From Thermoanaerobaculia bacterium (GTDB lineage: Bacteria; Acidobacteriota; Thermoanaerobaculia; Gp7-AA8), in NCBI GenBank assembly GCA_035629395.1, contig DASPHZ010000014.1:5115-69114 (forward strand): a stretch of DNA of 64,000 nt, written 5' to 3'. Position 1 is the first letter of the stretch; each line of letters opens with the position of its first letter. This document shows, piece by piece, positions 1 to 10,695 of the stretch. Position numbers and translations under genes: made by a program. The notes beneath the pieces were generated by a model. It was not told the origin of the DNA. It was given only the letters and a program-made list of their open reading frames with translations, and ran no database searches.

Positions 1-1753
1 CCGCGAGCTGCTGGCGGTACTTCTTCGTCTTGATCAGTTCGCGGTCCTTGCGATTGCCGAGGTTGCAGACCTCGAGGAGCATGCGCGTGGGGACCATGTT
101 GTGGCGGATGACGGCGGGAACCCAGGCCTTGCCGTTGCGGATCACGTTGTCGCGCACGGGCTCGAACGGATGCACCTTCAGTCCTTTGCGGTCGAACGAC
201 GTCATGATCGACTCGGCGAGATCGCGCGACAGACCTTCGGCCACGAGCGCGTCCTGCCGCGAATGCGTGACGCTCGGCTGCTCCCGCACCTCGGCGCGCG
301 CAAGATAGATGTCGCCCTTCTTCTGGAACGACCCGGTGACGTGGCCCGCGCCGGGGATGTACGCCATCGCGCCGCGCAGCGAGGGGTGGAGCGAGTCGGC
401 GTGGATGGAGAGGAAGACCACCTTCTCCGACGCGGTGCCGCTTTTCATGGCGCGGCGGAAAATCGAGTTCGCGAGATACCAGCGCAGGTTCACGCCGACG
501 ATGGCGTCGTCGAGCAGATACTTCGGCGTGGTCTGCACGTAGTGATCGTTCGCGTCGGCGAGGACGTTCTTCTCCGGAATGGTGAAGCCGTTCGCTTTCG
601 ACTTCGTCGTCATCGACACCTTCGCCGCGCTGTCTTTTTCGAGGAGGCGGCGGAGACGGCAGGCCACGTCGTAAACGTAGGTGGCCTCGAAGACGTCGTC
701 GTGCTCGGTGCCGACGTCGCGGCCACCGTGTCCCGGATCGAGAATCACGTGCACGCCCGACAGACCCGTGGCCCGCGTGCGTTTGGCGACGCGGTCCGAC
801 TCGCGCCGCGTGGCCTCGCGCGCGACGCGTGTGGGATCGTCGTGCGGCAGGTACTCCGGCAGCAGCAGGTCCATCGGGATCTTCACCGGATAGCCGACCG
901 GGATCTTCGACACGTCGTCGATCTCGTTGAACTTCACGAGCCGGTCGAGAACGTCGCCGACGTCCTTCGCGTAGACCCGGCCCGTGAAGCGGATGGCCAC
1001 CGATGAATAGAGCGCCTCGCCCTTCTGCAGGCGATAAACGGCGTGAGGCTCGGCGGACGCGCGGTCGTAGGTCAGCGCCGGCTGTCCCGATACGACCGCT
1101 GTCGCCTCCGGAACATTTTCATCCGCTGCTGCACGCTGAGTCGCATCGTCCGATGGTTTCCGAACCTCTGCTGCCGTCTTCGGTGCATTCTCTTCCTCCG
1201 AGCTCCCGCCGAATGCGGCGGTGAGCAACCGTTTGGGAACGAGGATCACGTCACCTTTGCGGGTCGAGAGTCCCTGACTCGGATTGGCTTTGCGGATGAG
1301 GGTGTAGTTCGCGCCGTCGCCGGTGAGCCACTCGGCGATCTTCCAGAGCGATTCCCCCTCGATGCCGCGCGCACCGACGACGACGTGTTTCCAGCCGTCG
1401 GCGGTCAGCGAGTCCTGCGGAAAGAGTGTCCTGACGATCTCGCGCTGCAGTTCGGGCTTGAGCAGCGTGAAGGGCACGCGCACCGAGTGGTGCGTCTTGA
1501 GGTTGTCGTCGAGCTGGTTGAGCGCGGCGAGGTCTTCCCAGTTCGAGGCGTCGCCCGTGACGCGTTTCGCGAGCCGCGTCCAGGCATCGCCTTGATGCGG
1601 TTTGACGACGGCTTCGATGTCGTAGTCGCGCGTGAGCGTGGCGCGCAGTTGCGGAGAGACCTGTGCGGTGGCAATGGGGGCTGCCTGCGGCGGCGCAGCC
1701 AGAAGAACCGCAGCCTGGAGACTCAGGAAGAAACCCACCCACCCATTACGCAC
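1..1753 (-). CDS. N-acetylmuramoyl-L-alanine amidase (AmiC-like) with N-terminal signal peptide and LysM-like repeats; 3' end lies beyond the window start
   Basis: The reverse-strand translation of the first ~900 nt gives VFLSIHADSLHPSLRGAMAYIPGAGH, the amidase_3 catalytic motifs. The upstream part encodes a GFFLSLQAAVLLAAPP signal peptide and LysM-like repeats (GDGANYTLIRKANPSQ...GDVILVPK). It starts with GTG around 1738-1753. It is absent from the ORF track because it runs off the window. Confidence 0.8.
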   Translation of the reverse strand, partial: MRNGWVGFFLSLQAAVLLAAPPQAAPIATAQVSPQLRATLTRDYDIEAVVKPHQGDAWTRLAKRVTGDASNWEDLAALNQLDDNLKTHHSVRVPFTLLKPELQREIVRTLFPQDSLTADGWKHVVVGARGIEGESLWKIAEWLTGDGANYTLIRKANPSQGLSTRKGDVILVPKRLLTAAFGGSSEEENAPKTAAEVRKPSDDATQRAAADENVPEATAVVSGQPALTYDRASAEPHAVYRLQKGEALYSSVAIRFTGRVYAKDVGDVLDRLVKFNEIDDVSKIPVGYPVKIPMDLLLPEYLPHDDPTRVAREATRRESDRVAKRTRATGLSGVHVILDPGHGGRDVGTEHDDVFEATYVYDVACRLRRLLEKDSAAKVSMTTKSKANGFTIPEKNVLADANDHYVQTTPKYLLDDAIVGVNLRWYLANSIFRRAMKSGTASEKVVFLSIHADSLHPSLRGAMAYIPGAGHVTGSFQKKGDIYLARAEVREQPSVTHSRQDALVAEGLSRDLAESIMTSFDRKGLKVHPFEPVRDNVIRNGKAWVPAVIRHNMVPTRMLLEVCNLGNRKDRELIKTKKYRQQLA

Positions 1754-1773
1754 GAGGGGATTGTACACCTGGA

Positions 1774-1873
1774 GGGCCGAGGGGCGAGGGGCGAGGGGCG
1801 AGGGGCGAGGGATACAGCCAACGCCCGAGCACCCCCTCGGCCCTCGGCCCTTGGCCCTCGCCCCTCATCCCTC
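1774..1873. repeat. Long GC hairpin: (GAGGGGC)x4-5 tandem heptamers on + strand paired with the complementary (GCCCCTC)-like run about 20 nt downstream. Probable terminator for the upstream minus-strand lipoprotein gene and 5' leader structure of the amidase gene
   Basis: I can read ggccgaggggcgaggggcgaggggcgaggggcgaggg, then a loop (tacagccaacgcccgagca), then ccccctcggccctcggcccttggccctcgcccctcatccctcgg. The arms are inverted complements. Confidence 0.6.
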
Positions 1874-1878
1874 GGCGG

Positions 1879-2172
1879 TCAGCCCTCGCTGCACCTCACA
1901 TTCGCCACACACCGATTCACCTTCCGCCCGCCCGAACACGACAGCGTCACGTAATCCATGTTCGCGCCCTTGCACTCGTTCGCGGCGCAACGCGTGCGTG
2001 AGAGCTCGCGGCAGACGCTCTGGCCGGCGGCCATGTGCCTCGGCGCTTCCTGCGGCATCGAGCCCGGAAGCGAGGCGCCGCCGTTGCGCATCGGCTCGCC
2101 CGGGATGGCGGGACGGCTGCCGTAGCAGGCGGAGAGAAGAACCAACGCGCAGACACAAAGGACATGGCGCAT
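1879..2172 (-). CDS. Small Cys-rich lipoprotein (97 aa; lipobox LLSAC; 6 Cys in the C-terminal 45 aa)
   Basis: There is a strong SD GGAGG 6 nt upstream of the ATG. The signal peptide is MRHVLCVCALVLLSAC, and the mature part is Cys-rich. Confidence 0.6.
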   Translation of the reverse strand: MRHVLCVCALVLLSACYGSRPAIPGEPMRNGGASLPGSMPQEAPRHMAAGQSVCRELSRTRCAANECKGANMDYVTLSCSGGRKVNRCVANVRCSEG

Positions 2173-2206
2173 GTACGCACCTCCGCCCTACAAGATAGGC
2201 GGCCCG

Positions 2207-3607
2207 TCAGCGCGCCGCAAGCATCGGCGGGAGCGTGCGCCAGTACCCGGTCTCGCGCTCGAAGAACGCACCCGCGCGGAAAAGCGTCCGCTCGCCGAAA
2301 TGCGGAGCCATGACCTGCAGCGAAAGCGGCAAGCCATTCGCGCTGAATCCCGACGGCACGGCGATGCCCGGAATCCCGACCAGATTCGCCGGCGCCGTGA
2401 AGATGTCCGACAGATACATCGCCAGCGGATCCTCGGTCTTCGCGCCGATCGGAAACGCCGGCTCCGGCGTCGTGGGCGTGAGCAGCGCGTCGACGCCTTT
2501 GAATGCCTCAGCGAATTCGTGCCGCAGTTTCGCGCGCACGCGCTGGGCGCGTCCGTAATACGCGTCGTAGTAGCCGGCGGACAGTGCGAAGGTGCCGAGC
2601 ATGATGCGCCGCTTCACCTCCGCGCCGAAGCCTTCACCGCGCGAAGCGTCGTACACCTCGGAGAGCGTCCGCGCCATCTCGCTGCGATGTCCGTAGCGGA
2701 TGCCGTCGAACCGCGACAGGTTCGCACTCGCCTCGGCGTTCGCCACGATGTAGTAGATGGCAATGGCATAACCGATCGTGGGGATGCTCACCTGCTCGAT
2801 GGTCGCGCCGCCGCGACGCAGCACGTCCACGGCCGCGTCGAAGTTCGCCCGCACTTCGCCTTCGAGTCTGTCCACCGCCTTGGACACGATGCCGAAACGC
2901 ATCCCTTGCACGCCGCGCTCGAGATCGTGCGCATACTCCCCTGCCGGCTCGCTGCTGGAAGTCGAATCGTACGGATCGTGTCCGGCGACGATCTCCAGCA
3001 CTTCCGCGCAATCGCGCACGGTCTTCGTGACGATGCCGATCTGATCGAGGCTCGACGCAAACGCCACGAGACCGTTTCTGCTGATGCGTCCGTACGTCGG
3101 CTTGAATCCCACGACGCCACACAAGGCCGCCGGCTGGCGCACCGAGCCGCCCGTCTCCGAACCGAGGGCCACCGGCACCATGCGCGCGGCGACGGCCGCG
3201 GCCGAGCCGCCCGACGAACCGCCCGGCACGCGCGACGGATCCCACGGGTTGCGCGCCGGTCCGAACGCGGAGTGCTCGTTCGACGAGCCCATCGCGAATT
3301 CGTCCATGTTGGTCTTGCCGACGATGGCCGCGCCGTTCGCGCGCAAACGCGCGATGGCCGTCGCGTCGAACGGCGAACGGAAGTCGCGCAGGATGTGCGA
3401 GCCGCACGTCGACGGCATGTCCGTCGTGACGATGTTGTCCTTCACCGCGACCGGCAACGCGCCCGGCTGCGCCTCGCGATGCACGTGCAGAAACGCGTTC
3501 AGCGATTCGTTGTGCGTCTCGATCGCGCGGAGACACGTCTCGACATACTCGCGCGGCGAGACCTGCTCGCGCGCTTCGGACCACGGCAAGGCGAGGACGT
3601 CATTCAT
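2207..3607 (-). CDS. gatA: Glutamyl-tRNA(Gln)/aspartyl-tRNA(Asn) amidotransferase subunit A
   Basis: Amidase signature family: GGSSGGSAAAVAA, GSETGGSVRQPAALCGVVGFKPTYGRISR. I chose the start at MNDVLALPW (3607). The longer ORF extension to 3754 is Arg-rich junk overlapping gatC. Confidence 0.9.
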   Translation of the reverse strand: MNDVLALPWSEAREQVSPREYVETCLRAIETHNESLNAFLHVHREAQPGALPVAVKDNIVTTDMPSTCGSHILRDFRSPFDATAIARLRANGAAIVGKTNMDEFAMGSSNEHSAFGPARNPWDPSRVPGGSSGGSAAAVAARMVPVALGSETGGSVRQPAALCGVVGFKPTYGRISRNGLVAFASSLDQIGIVTKTVRDCAEVLEIVAGHDPYDSTSSSEPAGEYAHDLERGVQGMRFGIVSKAVDRLEGEVRANFDAAVDVLRRGGATIEQVSIPTIGYAIAIYYIVANAEASANLSRFDGIRYGHRSEMARTLSEVYDASRGEGFGAEVKRRIMLGTFALSAGYYDAYYGRAQRVRAKLRHEFAEAFKGVDALLTPTTPEPAFPIGAKTEDPLAMYLSDIFTAPANLVGIPGIAVPSGFSANGLPLSLQVMAPHFGERTLFRAGAFFERETGYWRTLPPMLAAR

Positions 3608-3947
3608 CGCCGGCCTCGCGGGACGGCGGCGTGGACGCTGCCGCGCCCATCGTCGCGACGCCCGCGTTCCCTTCGATGACCTTCGGCACGACGAACAAGC
3701 CGTCGCGCCACGAGGGCGCGTTCCGTGCGACGAGCTCGCGGTCGAGCGACGCATGCGGCTCGTCCGCGCGAAACGGCGTCACGGTCGCATCCCGCTCCTC
3801 GAATCCCTCCACATCCACCTCAGACAACTGGTCGATGTACGTCAGGATCTTCGTCATCTCCGCGGCCATGCGCTCCAGCCCCGCGTCGTCGAACTGCAGA
3901 TGCGCGAGCGCGGCCACGCGCCGTGCTTCGTCGAGATCGATCTTCAT
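3600..3947 (-). CDS. gatC: Glu/Asp-tRNA amidotransferase subunit C
   Basis: MKIDLDEARRVAALAHLQFDDAGLERMAAEMTKILTYIDQLSEVDVEGFEE is typical GatC. It sits immediately upstream of gatA, and its stop is 2 nt before the gatA ATG. Confidence 0.85.
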   Translation of the reverse strand: MKIDLDEARRVAALAHLQFDDAGLERMAAEMTKILTYIDQLSEVDVEGFEERDATVTPFRADEPHASLDRELVARNAPSWRDGLFVVPKVIEGNAGVATMGAAASTPPSREAGDE

Positions 3948-3950
3948 GGC

Positions 3951-5051
<1,101 letters not shown>

Positions 5052-5103
5052 GGACCGGGGGCGGATCGTACCATGTGGCTACGAGCGCCCCGATCGGCGC
5101 GCG

Positions 5104-6327
5104 TCACTCGTAACGCAGCGCTTCGACCGGATTGAGCCGCGCCGCGCGAATGCTCGGCAGGATCGTCGCCAGGAACGACACGAGAATCGAGAACGCCGAG
5201 ATCACCAGGAGATCGACCGGCCGCGTCACGAACGGAATCGACGAGACGAAATACACCTCCGCGATCTCGGGCGGGAACGTCACCAGTTCATACCGCGTGA
5301 TGATCCAGCACACCGCACTGCCGAGCACCACGCCCAGGAGCGTACCGGCGAGGCCGACCATCGTCCCATACCAGAGGAACACCTTCAGCACGAGCCGCGG
5401 CCGCGCGCCCATCGACGTCAGGATCCCGATCTCGCGCCGCTTTTCCTGCACCGTCATCACCAGCGTCGAGACGATGTTGAACGTCGATACGAACACGATC
5501 AGGCCGATGACCACGAACAGCACGAGCTGCTGGATCTGCAGCATCGAAAAGAGCGCGCGATTCATCTCCCGCCAGTCGCTGACGGTGTAGCGCCGATCCG
5601 TCCGCGACTCGATGGCCTCGGTCACGCGATCGATGTCCGCACCCGGCGCGAGCTTCACTTCGATCAGGTTCGCCGCGCCGCCCGCACCCGAGAGCTCGCG
5701 CGCTTCGCCGAGGTCGATGAAGAGCCAGCGCGCGTCGAATTCGTAGAAGCCGGTCGAGAAAACATTCGTCACGAGGAACGAAGTCGTGCGCGGCATGAAC
5801 CCGCGCTCGCCGCTGGCGGCCACCGTCACGCTGAGAGCGTCTCCGGCCTTCACGCCGAGCTTCGCGGCCAGGTATTTGCCGACCGCCACTCCGCGCTCGC
5901 GCGACGGTGTGTCGAACGTGGCGCGCGGTCCGACGATCTTCGCCAGCATCGGCGAGCTCTGCCCGCGCGTCGGCTCGATTCCTTTCATCATCACTTCGGA
6001 GCCGGTGGTGTTCGTTTCCGTCGTCACGACCGCGTGCAGAAAGAGCACGGGCGACGCGAGCGCGACACCGGGCGTCGTGCCGATGAGATCGACGAGGCGT
6101 GCGGGATCGGCGATCGGCGCACCGATCGCGTAGACGAACACCTCCGCGTTGCCGCCGAGCAGCTTCGACTGCAGGTCGCGGCGATAGCCGGTCATGAGAG
6201 CCATGGAGATGACGAGCGCCATCACACCGATGACGAGCCCGAGGACCGAGGCCAGACCGACCGCGGAAACGAGCTTGTCGGTCGGACGGCGGAGATACCG
6301 CCAGGCGATGCGCCGCGCGAGCATCAT
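5104..6327 (-). CDS. Lipoprotein-releasing system permease, LolC/LolE (FtsX-like ABC permease)
   Basis: Has the MacB/FtsX topology: an N-terminal TM helix, a large periplasmic domain and C-terminal TM helices (LVLFVVIGLIVFVSTFNIVSTLVMTV...). Confidence 0.8.
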   Translation of the reverse strand: MMLARRIAWRYLRRPTDKLVSAVGLASVLGLVIGVMALVISMALMTGYRRDLQSKLLGGNAEVFVYAIGAPIADPARLVDLIGTTPGVALASPVLFLHAVVTTETNTTGSEVMMKGIEPTRGQSSPMLAKIVGPRATFDTPSRERGVAVGKYLAAKLGVKAGDALSVTVAASGERGFMPRTTSFLVTNVFSTGFYEFDARWLFIDLGEARELSGAGGAANLIEVKLAPGADIDRVTEAIESRTDRRYTVSDWREMNRALFSMLQIQQLVLFVVIGLIVFVSTFNIVSTLVMTVQEKRREIGILTSMGARPRLVLKVFLWYGTMVGLAGTLLGVVLGSAVCWIITRYELVTFPPEIAEVYFVSSIPFVTRPVDLLVISAFSILVSFLATILPSIRAARLNPVEALRYE

Positions 6328-7865
6328 CGGCGGACGATCCGATCTTCCACGTTTACGTCGACCTTGCCGCGCGCGCGGATGTACTCCTCGACCGTCGTGC
6401 GAAAGTCGGGCATGTCCTCGCTCACTTTCGGCGGACGCGTCGCGTCGGTTGCGAAGAGCATGTACTCATCCTCGTCGGCGCCGTGCAGATAGAGGTAATC
6501 CGTCGACGCGACCGTGTACGTCGCGTTGACGTCGAGCATGCGTTCGCCGATCTCGACGTCGCGCGGCTCGACGACGTACCCCTCCCCGACCTTGCGGTAC
6601 GAAAACTCCATCCCCGAGACCTGCAGGAAACGGCCTGCGGCATCGTCGGCCTGCGAGACCGAGTTGCGCAGCATGTCGAGGAGCTGCTGCCCCGTCACAC
6701 GAAACGCGACGAGCTTGTTCTTGTAGTTGAAGATCCCCTCCATGTCGTACTTCGTGATGGGACCGGGAACGATGTCGTCGTTGATGCGGATCGAGCCGCC
6801 GTTGATCACGGCGATGTCCGTACCCATCCGCGCGCGCACGGCGTCGGTGATGAGATTGCCGAGGGCGGTCTCGCGTCCGCGGATCGCGGTCTCGACACCT
6901 TCGAGCAGGTTCTTCGTCGTGGCGATGTTCTCGTTCGGGCCGAGAACCTCGGGCTGCGCGAGGCGAACGAGCCATTCCTGCACGCGCGCATCCACCTGCT
7001 CGTCTTTCGGGATGGTCTCGTCCAGCACCACGCGCAGAGGCACGGCCCGCGCACGCCCGTCCGGCGGCACCACGACGTCGTAGACGACCACGCTCTTCGC
7101 GTCGGCATCGGCCTTGGTGATCCACGTGCCGTCGATCCGCGTCTGCATGAACATGTGATTATGTCCACCGATGACGAAATCGATGCCGGGGACGTCGCGG
7201 ACGAGCGCCAGGTCGTCGACTCGCTCCTGATGCGTGATGGCGACGATCACGCGTGCGCCTTCGCGCCGCAGGTTCGCCACGGCCGCGCGCGCGGCCTCCT
7301 TCACATCCGTCGATTGCATGTCCGGCTTCTTCAACGGCAGCGTCAGCCCGAAAAAGCCGATGCGCACGCCGTCCACCTCGCGCACGATCGTCTCTTCCAC
7401 TCCCGGAAAGCGGCGATCGCATTCGGGAGCGCACCGCAGCACGTTCGTGGAGACCCACGGAAACTTCGATTCGGCGAGGCGGCGCGGCAGCACGCTCACG
7501 TCCTTGTTGTCGAATTCGTGATTGCCGAACGTGATGAGGAGCGCGGGATCGAACAGTTCCGCGTCGCCGTCGAGGAGGTTCATCACGTCGATCATCGGAC
7601 GCGCCTCGAGGTACTTGCTCATCACCGACGGATAGAGCGCGTCGCCGGCGTGCACGATGAACACCGGCGTGCCGTCCGACTCGAGCTGCTCGCGCAGCGT
7701 CCGGATGCGCGCCATGCCGCCGAGCCGTCCACTTTGGAGTCCTTCGACCTTGTAGACGTCGTTGATCTGGAGAAGCCGGAAACGCACCGGCTGCGGCGCC
7801 ATCGTGGCGCATCCCGTCAGTAGAAACGCGAGAACGAGCGCGACGAGTCTCATGGCGCCGATCAT
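6324..7865 (-). CDS. Bifunctional metallophosphatase/5'-nucleotidase family lipoprotein (UshA-like)
   Basis: Lipobox LTGC; calcineurin-like motifs (GNHEFD, GGHNH); C-terminal 5'-nucleotidase domain. Confidence 0.8.
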   Translation of the reverse strand: MIGAMRLVALVLAFLLTGCATMAPQPVRFRLLQINDVYKVEGLQSGRLGGMARIRTLREQLESDGTPVFIVHAGDALYPSVMSKYLEARPMIDVMNLLDGDAELFDPALLITFGNHEFDNKDVSVLPRRLAESKFPWVSTNVLRCAPECDRRFPGVEETIVREVDGVRIGFFGLTLPLKKPDMQSTDVKEAARAAVANLRREGARVIVAITHQERVDDLALVRDVPGIDFVIGGHNHMFMQTRIDGTWITKADADAKSVVVYDVVVPPDGRARAVPLRVVLDETIPKDEQVDARVQEWLVRLAQPEVLGPNENIATTKNLLEGVETAIRGRETALGNLITDAVRARMGTDIAVINGGSIRINDDIVPGPITKYDMEGIFNYKNKLVAFRVTGQQLLDMLRNSVSQADDAAGRFLQVSGMEFSYRKVGEGYVVEPRDVEIGERMLDVNATYTVASTDYLYLHGADEDEYMLFATDATRPPKVSEDMPDFRTTVEEYIRARGKVDVNVEDRIVRR

Positions 7866-7893
7866 ACGATGTCCGGTTCATAATCCCCGCCGC

Positions 7894-10188
7894 ATGAAAC
7901 GACTGCTCGTCCTCCTCGCGATCGCCCTGCCGCTCACCGCGCAGATTCCGTCGCCGTCGCAGCATCTGAAGCTCGACATCGGCAAGGACCGCGTGCTCGC
8001 CGACTACAGGCAGATCCGCTCGTACTTTGACGCGCTCGATCAGGCTTCCCCTCGCCTCGACGTCGAGGTCCTCGGCAAGACGGTGCTCGGCGAGAACATG
8101 TTCATGGCGGTCATCTCGTCCGAGGAGAACATCCGCAACAAGGCGCGGATCAAGGAGATCGCCAAACGCCTCGCCGATCCGCGCGGACTCACGGATGCGG
8201 AAGCGGAGCGCCTCTATCGCGAGGGCAAGGCCGTCGTCCTCGTGACGTGCAACATCCACTCGACCGAGATCGCGTCGAGTCAGATGGCCATGGAGTGGGC
8301 ACATGCACTCGTCACCGCGAATGACGACGAGACGAAGAAGCGCCTCAATGACGTGGTCGTGCTGCTCGTGCCGTCGCTCAATCCCGACGGCCAGACGATG
8401 ATCACCGATTACTACCGCAAGTACGTCGGCACCAAATACGAGGGCGGCCGCCTGCCGTGGCTCTATCACCATTACGTCGGCCACGACAACAACCGCGACT
8501 GGTACATGCTCACGCAGCCGGAGACGCGCGCGCTGAGCCGCGCCGTCTATCACGAGTGGAACCCGCAGGTGTTCGTCGACGAGCACCAGATGGGCAGCGA
8601 AGGGCCGCGCATGTTCATCCCGCCATTCGCCGATCCGCTCGATCCGGACGTGCATCCGCTGATCTGGCGCGAGGCGAACATGGTCGGCTCGAACATGGCC
8701 TTCCGCCTCGAGCAGGCCGGCAAGAGCGGGCTCATTTACGGCTATCAGTTCGACGCGTACTGGATCGGCGGGACGCGCAATACGGGTTGGTGGAAGAACA
8801 TCACCGGATTGCTGCTCGAGGTCGCGTCGGCGCGCATCGCCTCGCCGATTTACGTCGAGCCGAACGAGCTCCGCGGCGGCGCGAAAGGGCTCATCGACTA
8901 CAAGGCGACCATCAATCACCCGAACCCATGGAAGGGCGGCTGGTGGCGGATGCGCGACATCATGGACTACGAGCGCATCGCCTCGGATGCCCTCGTCGAG
9001 CTGGCGTCGCGCTACCGCGAGGATCTGCTGCGCAATCTCGTGACGCGTGCGCGTGCGGCGGTCGCTTCCGCGCAACCGCGTGAGGCGTACGTCATCCCGA
9101 AGAATCAGCGCGACTGGCCGACCGCGCAGCACCTGGCGTGGCTCATGGCCGAGCACAACGTCGAAGTGCGTCAGGCCGCGAACGGCGACTACTGGCTTCC
9201 GCTCGCGCAGCCGTACGCGAAGTTCATCGAAGAGATGATGGAGCCGCAGCGGTATCCCGAGGTGCGGCTCCAGGCGGGACGCGACATCCTGCGCCCGTAT
9301 GACGTCGCGACGTGGACGCTGCCGCTGCAGATGGGTGTGACGGTGCAGCGCTCGCTGCTTCCGGAGAACACCACGCGCGTCACCGAGATCAAACCGGACA
9401 CGAAGGAAGTGATCGCACGCGGAAACAAGCTCGCGCGCAAGCCGAACGTGGCCACGTACAAGCCGTGGTCCGCGTCGATGGATGAAGGGTGGACGCGCTG
9501 GCTGCTCGACACGTACGGCGTGCCGGTCAAAGGCGTGTCTCCGCAGGATGTGCAGAAGGGTCTCACCGGAATCGACGCGCTGATCCTCCCGGACATCCAC
9601 AAAGAGGTCCTCGCCGCGGGCCGCCGCACGAGTGAAGTCACGATGCGCTACGAAGAGGAGATGCCGCCCGAATACCGCGGTGCCCTCGGATCGAACGGCG
9701 CCGAGGCGCTGCGCAAGTTCGTCGACGCGGGAGGCTCACTCATCGCCTTCGGAGACTCCTGCGACTACGTCGTCGAACAGTTCAACATCCCCGTGCGCAA
9801 TGCCCTCGCGGGAGTGCGTTCCGAGGATTACTCGAACCCCGGCTCGCTCGTCCGCATCCACCTCCGCCCCGACCACCCCGTCACCGCCGGCATGCCCGCA
9901 CAGACCGCGGCGTTCCTCGACGGCGCCATTGCCTTCGACACCACCTCCCCCGCCACCGACATGCAGCGCTGGGTCCTGGCCTCGTACCCCGAAGCGGACG
10001 AAGACATCCTCCTCTCCGGCTGGATCCACGGCGCCGACCGCCTCACGCGCAAAGCGGCGGCGGTGGCGGTGACGTACGGCAAAGGAAAGATCGTGCTGTT
10101 CGGTTTCCGGCCGCAGCATCGCGGCCAGACGCACGCGACGTTCCCGCTGGTGTTCAACGCGTTGTGGTGGAGCGTGGCGGGTCCTTGA
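7894..10188 (+). CDS. Secreted M14-family zinc carboxypeptidase-like protein with a C-terminal ThuA/class-I-GATase-like domain
   Basis: Signal peptide MKRLLVLLAIALPLTAQ; M14 motifs (HSTEIAS...NPDG...HDNNRDW...EHQMG). The ORF-track start at 7762 is an upstream extension without signal peptide logic. Confidence 0.75.
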   Translation: MKRLLVLLAIALPLTAQIPSPSQHLKLDIGKDRVLADYRQIRSYFDALDQASPRLDVEVLGKTVLGENMFMAVISSEENIRNKARIKEIAKRLADPRGLTDAEAERLYREGKAVVLVTCNIHSTEIASSQMAMEWAHALVTANDDETKKRLNDVVVLLVPSLNPDGQTMITDYYRKYVGTKYEGGRLPWLYHHYVGHDNNRDWYMLTQPETRALSRAVYHEWNPQVFVDEHQMGSEGPRMFIPPFADPLDPDVHPLIWREANMVGSNMAFRLEQAGKSGLIYGYQFDAYWIGGTRNTGWWKNITGLLLEVASARIASPIYVEPNELRGGAKGLIDYKATINHPNPWKGGWWRMRDIMDYERIASDALVELASRYREDLLRNLVTRARAAVASAQPREAYVIPKNQRDWPTAQHLAWLMAEHNVEVRQAANGDYWLPLAQPYAKFIEEMMEPQRYPEVRLQAGRDILRPYDVATWTLPLQMGVTVQRSLLPENTTRVTEIKPDTKEVIARGNKLARKPNVATYKPWSASMDEGWTRWLLDTYGVPVKGVSPQDVQKGLTGIDALILPDIHKEVLAAGRRTSEVTMRYEEEMPPEYRGALGSNGAEALRKFVDAGGSLIAFGDSCDYVVEQFNIPVRNALAGVRSEDYSNPGSLVRIHLRPDHPVTAGMPAQTAAFLDGAIAFDTTSPATDMQRWVLASYPEADEDILLSGWIHGADRLTRKAAAVAVTYGKGKIVLFGFRPQHRGQTHATFPLVFNALWWSVAGP

Positions 10189-10226
10189 CGTACGTGCCAT
10201 CTGGCACGATATTGGGTGCCAGATGG
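10185..10226 (+). promoter_or_regulatory. Sigma70-like promoter (TTGACG-17-GATATT) with an operator palindrome GTGCCA-TC-TGGCAC in the spacer and a second half-site (GGTGCCAGATGG) overlapping the antitoxin ATG
   Basis: Read directly: ttgacg tacgtgccatctggcac gatatt gggtgccagATGg. Confidence 0.45.
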
Positions 10227-10693
10227 AAACGACACCAGCAGATGTCGAGCGCTATCGCGAACTGCGCCGCACCACGGCGCGTCCGCATGCCTACGCGGCG
10301 CTGCTCGGCCTCTCCGTTTATGACGCCGAACCGCTGATGAAGGCAATGCACAGAGGCTTCGCGTGGAAGACATTCACGCGCCTCGTCGACAACATCGGTC
10401 TCCCCGCGGATGAGATCGCGAGCGTGCTCGACCTCCCGCTACGCACGCGTGCGCGCCGCAAAGTGGAAGGACGGTTCGGGTCCGATGAATCGGATCGCCT
10501 GCTCCGTCTCGCCCGCGTCTATGCCCGTGCCCTCGACCTCTTCGGCGGTGACCGCAAAGCTGCGTTGCGCTGGCTCACGGAACCGAAGATCGCATTGTCG
10601 GGGGCAATTCCGTTGCACCTCGCGAAGACCGATTTCGGTGCGCGCGAAATCGATGCGACGATCGACCGCATCGAGCACGGCGTGTACATGTAG
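10223..10693 (+). CDS. Xre-like antitoxin of a RES-Xre toxin-antitoxin pair (DUF2384/MbcA-ParS-like)
   Basis: 156 aa. It sits immediately upstream of a RES-domain gene (2-nt gap). The C-terminal region (LTEPKIALSGAIPLHLAKTDFGAREI) is typical of DUF2384 antitoxins. Confidence 0.75.
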   Translation: METTPADVERYRELRRTTARPHAYAALLGLSVYDAEPLMKAMHRGFAWKTFTRLVDNIGLPADEIASVLDLPLRTRARRKVEGRFGSDESDRLLRLARVYARALDLFGGDRKAALRWLTEPKIALSGAIPLHLAKTDFGAREIDATIDRIEHGVYM

Positions 10694-10695
10694 CT

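Noticed and set aside
2207-3754. 515-aa form of gatA (start at 3754)
   Set aside because: The first 49 codons are Arg/Ser-rich and overlap gatC out of frame. The conserved GatA N-terminus begins at MNDVLALPW (3607), 2 nt after the gatC stop.
7159-9600. 813-aa minus-strand ORF
   Set aside because: It is antisense to the M14 peptidase gene. The translation is Arg/Ala/Gly/Asp-rich with no motifs, a typical shadow ORF in about 70% GC DNA.
10185-10226. tRNA/ncRNA genes anywhere in the window
   Set aside because: I found no T-loop GGTTCGAATCC-like or anticodon-stem signatures and no rRNA-like conserved stretches. None called.
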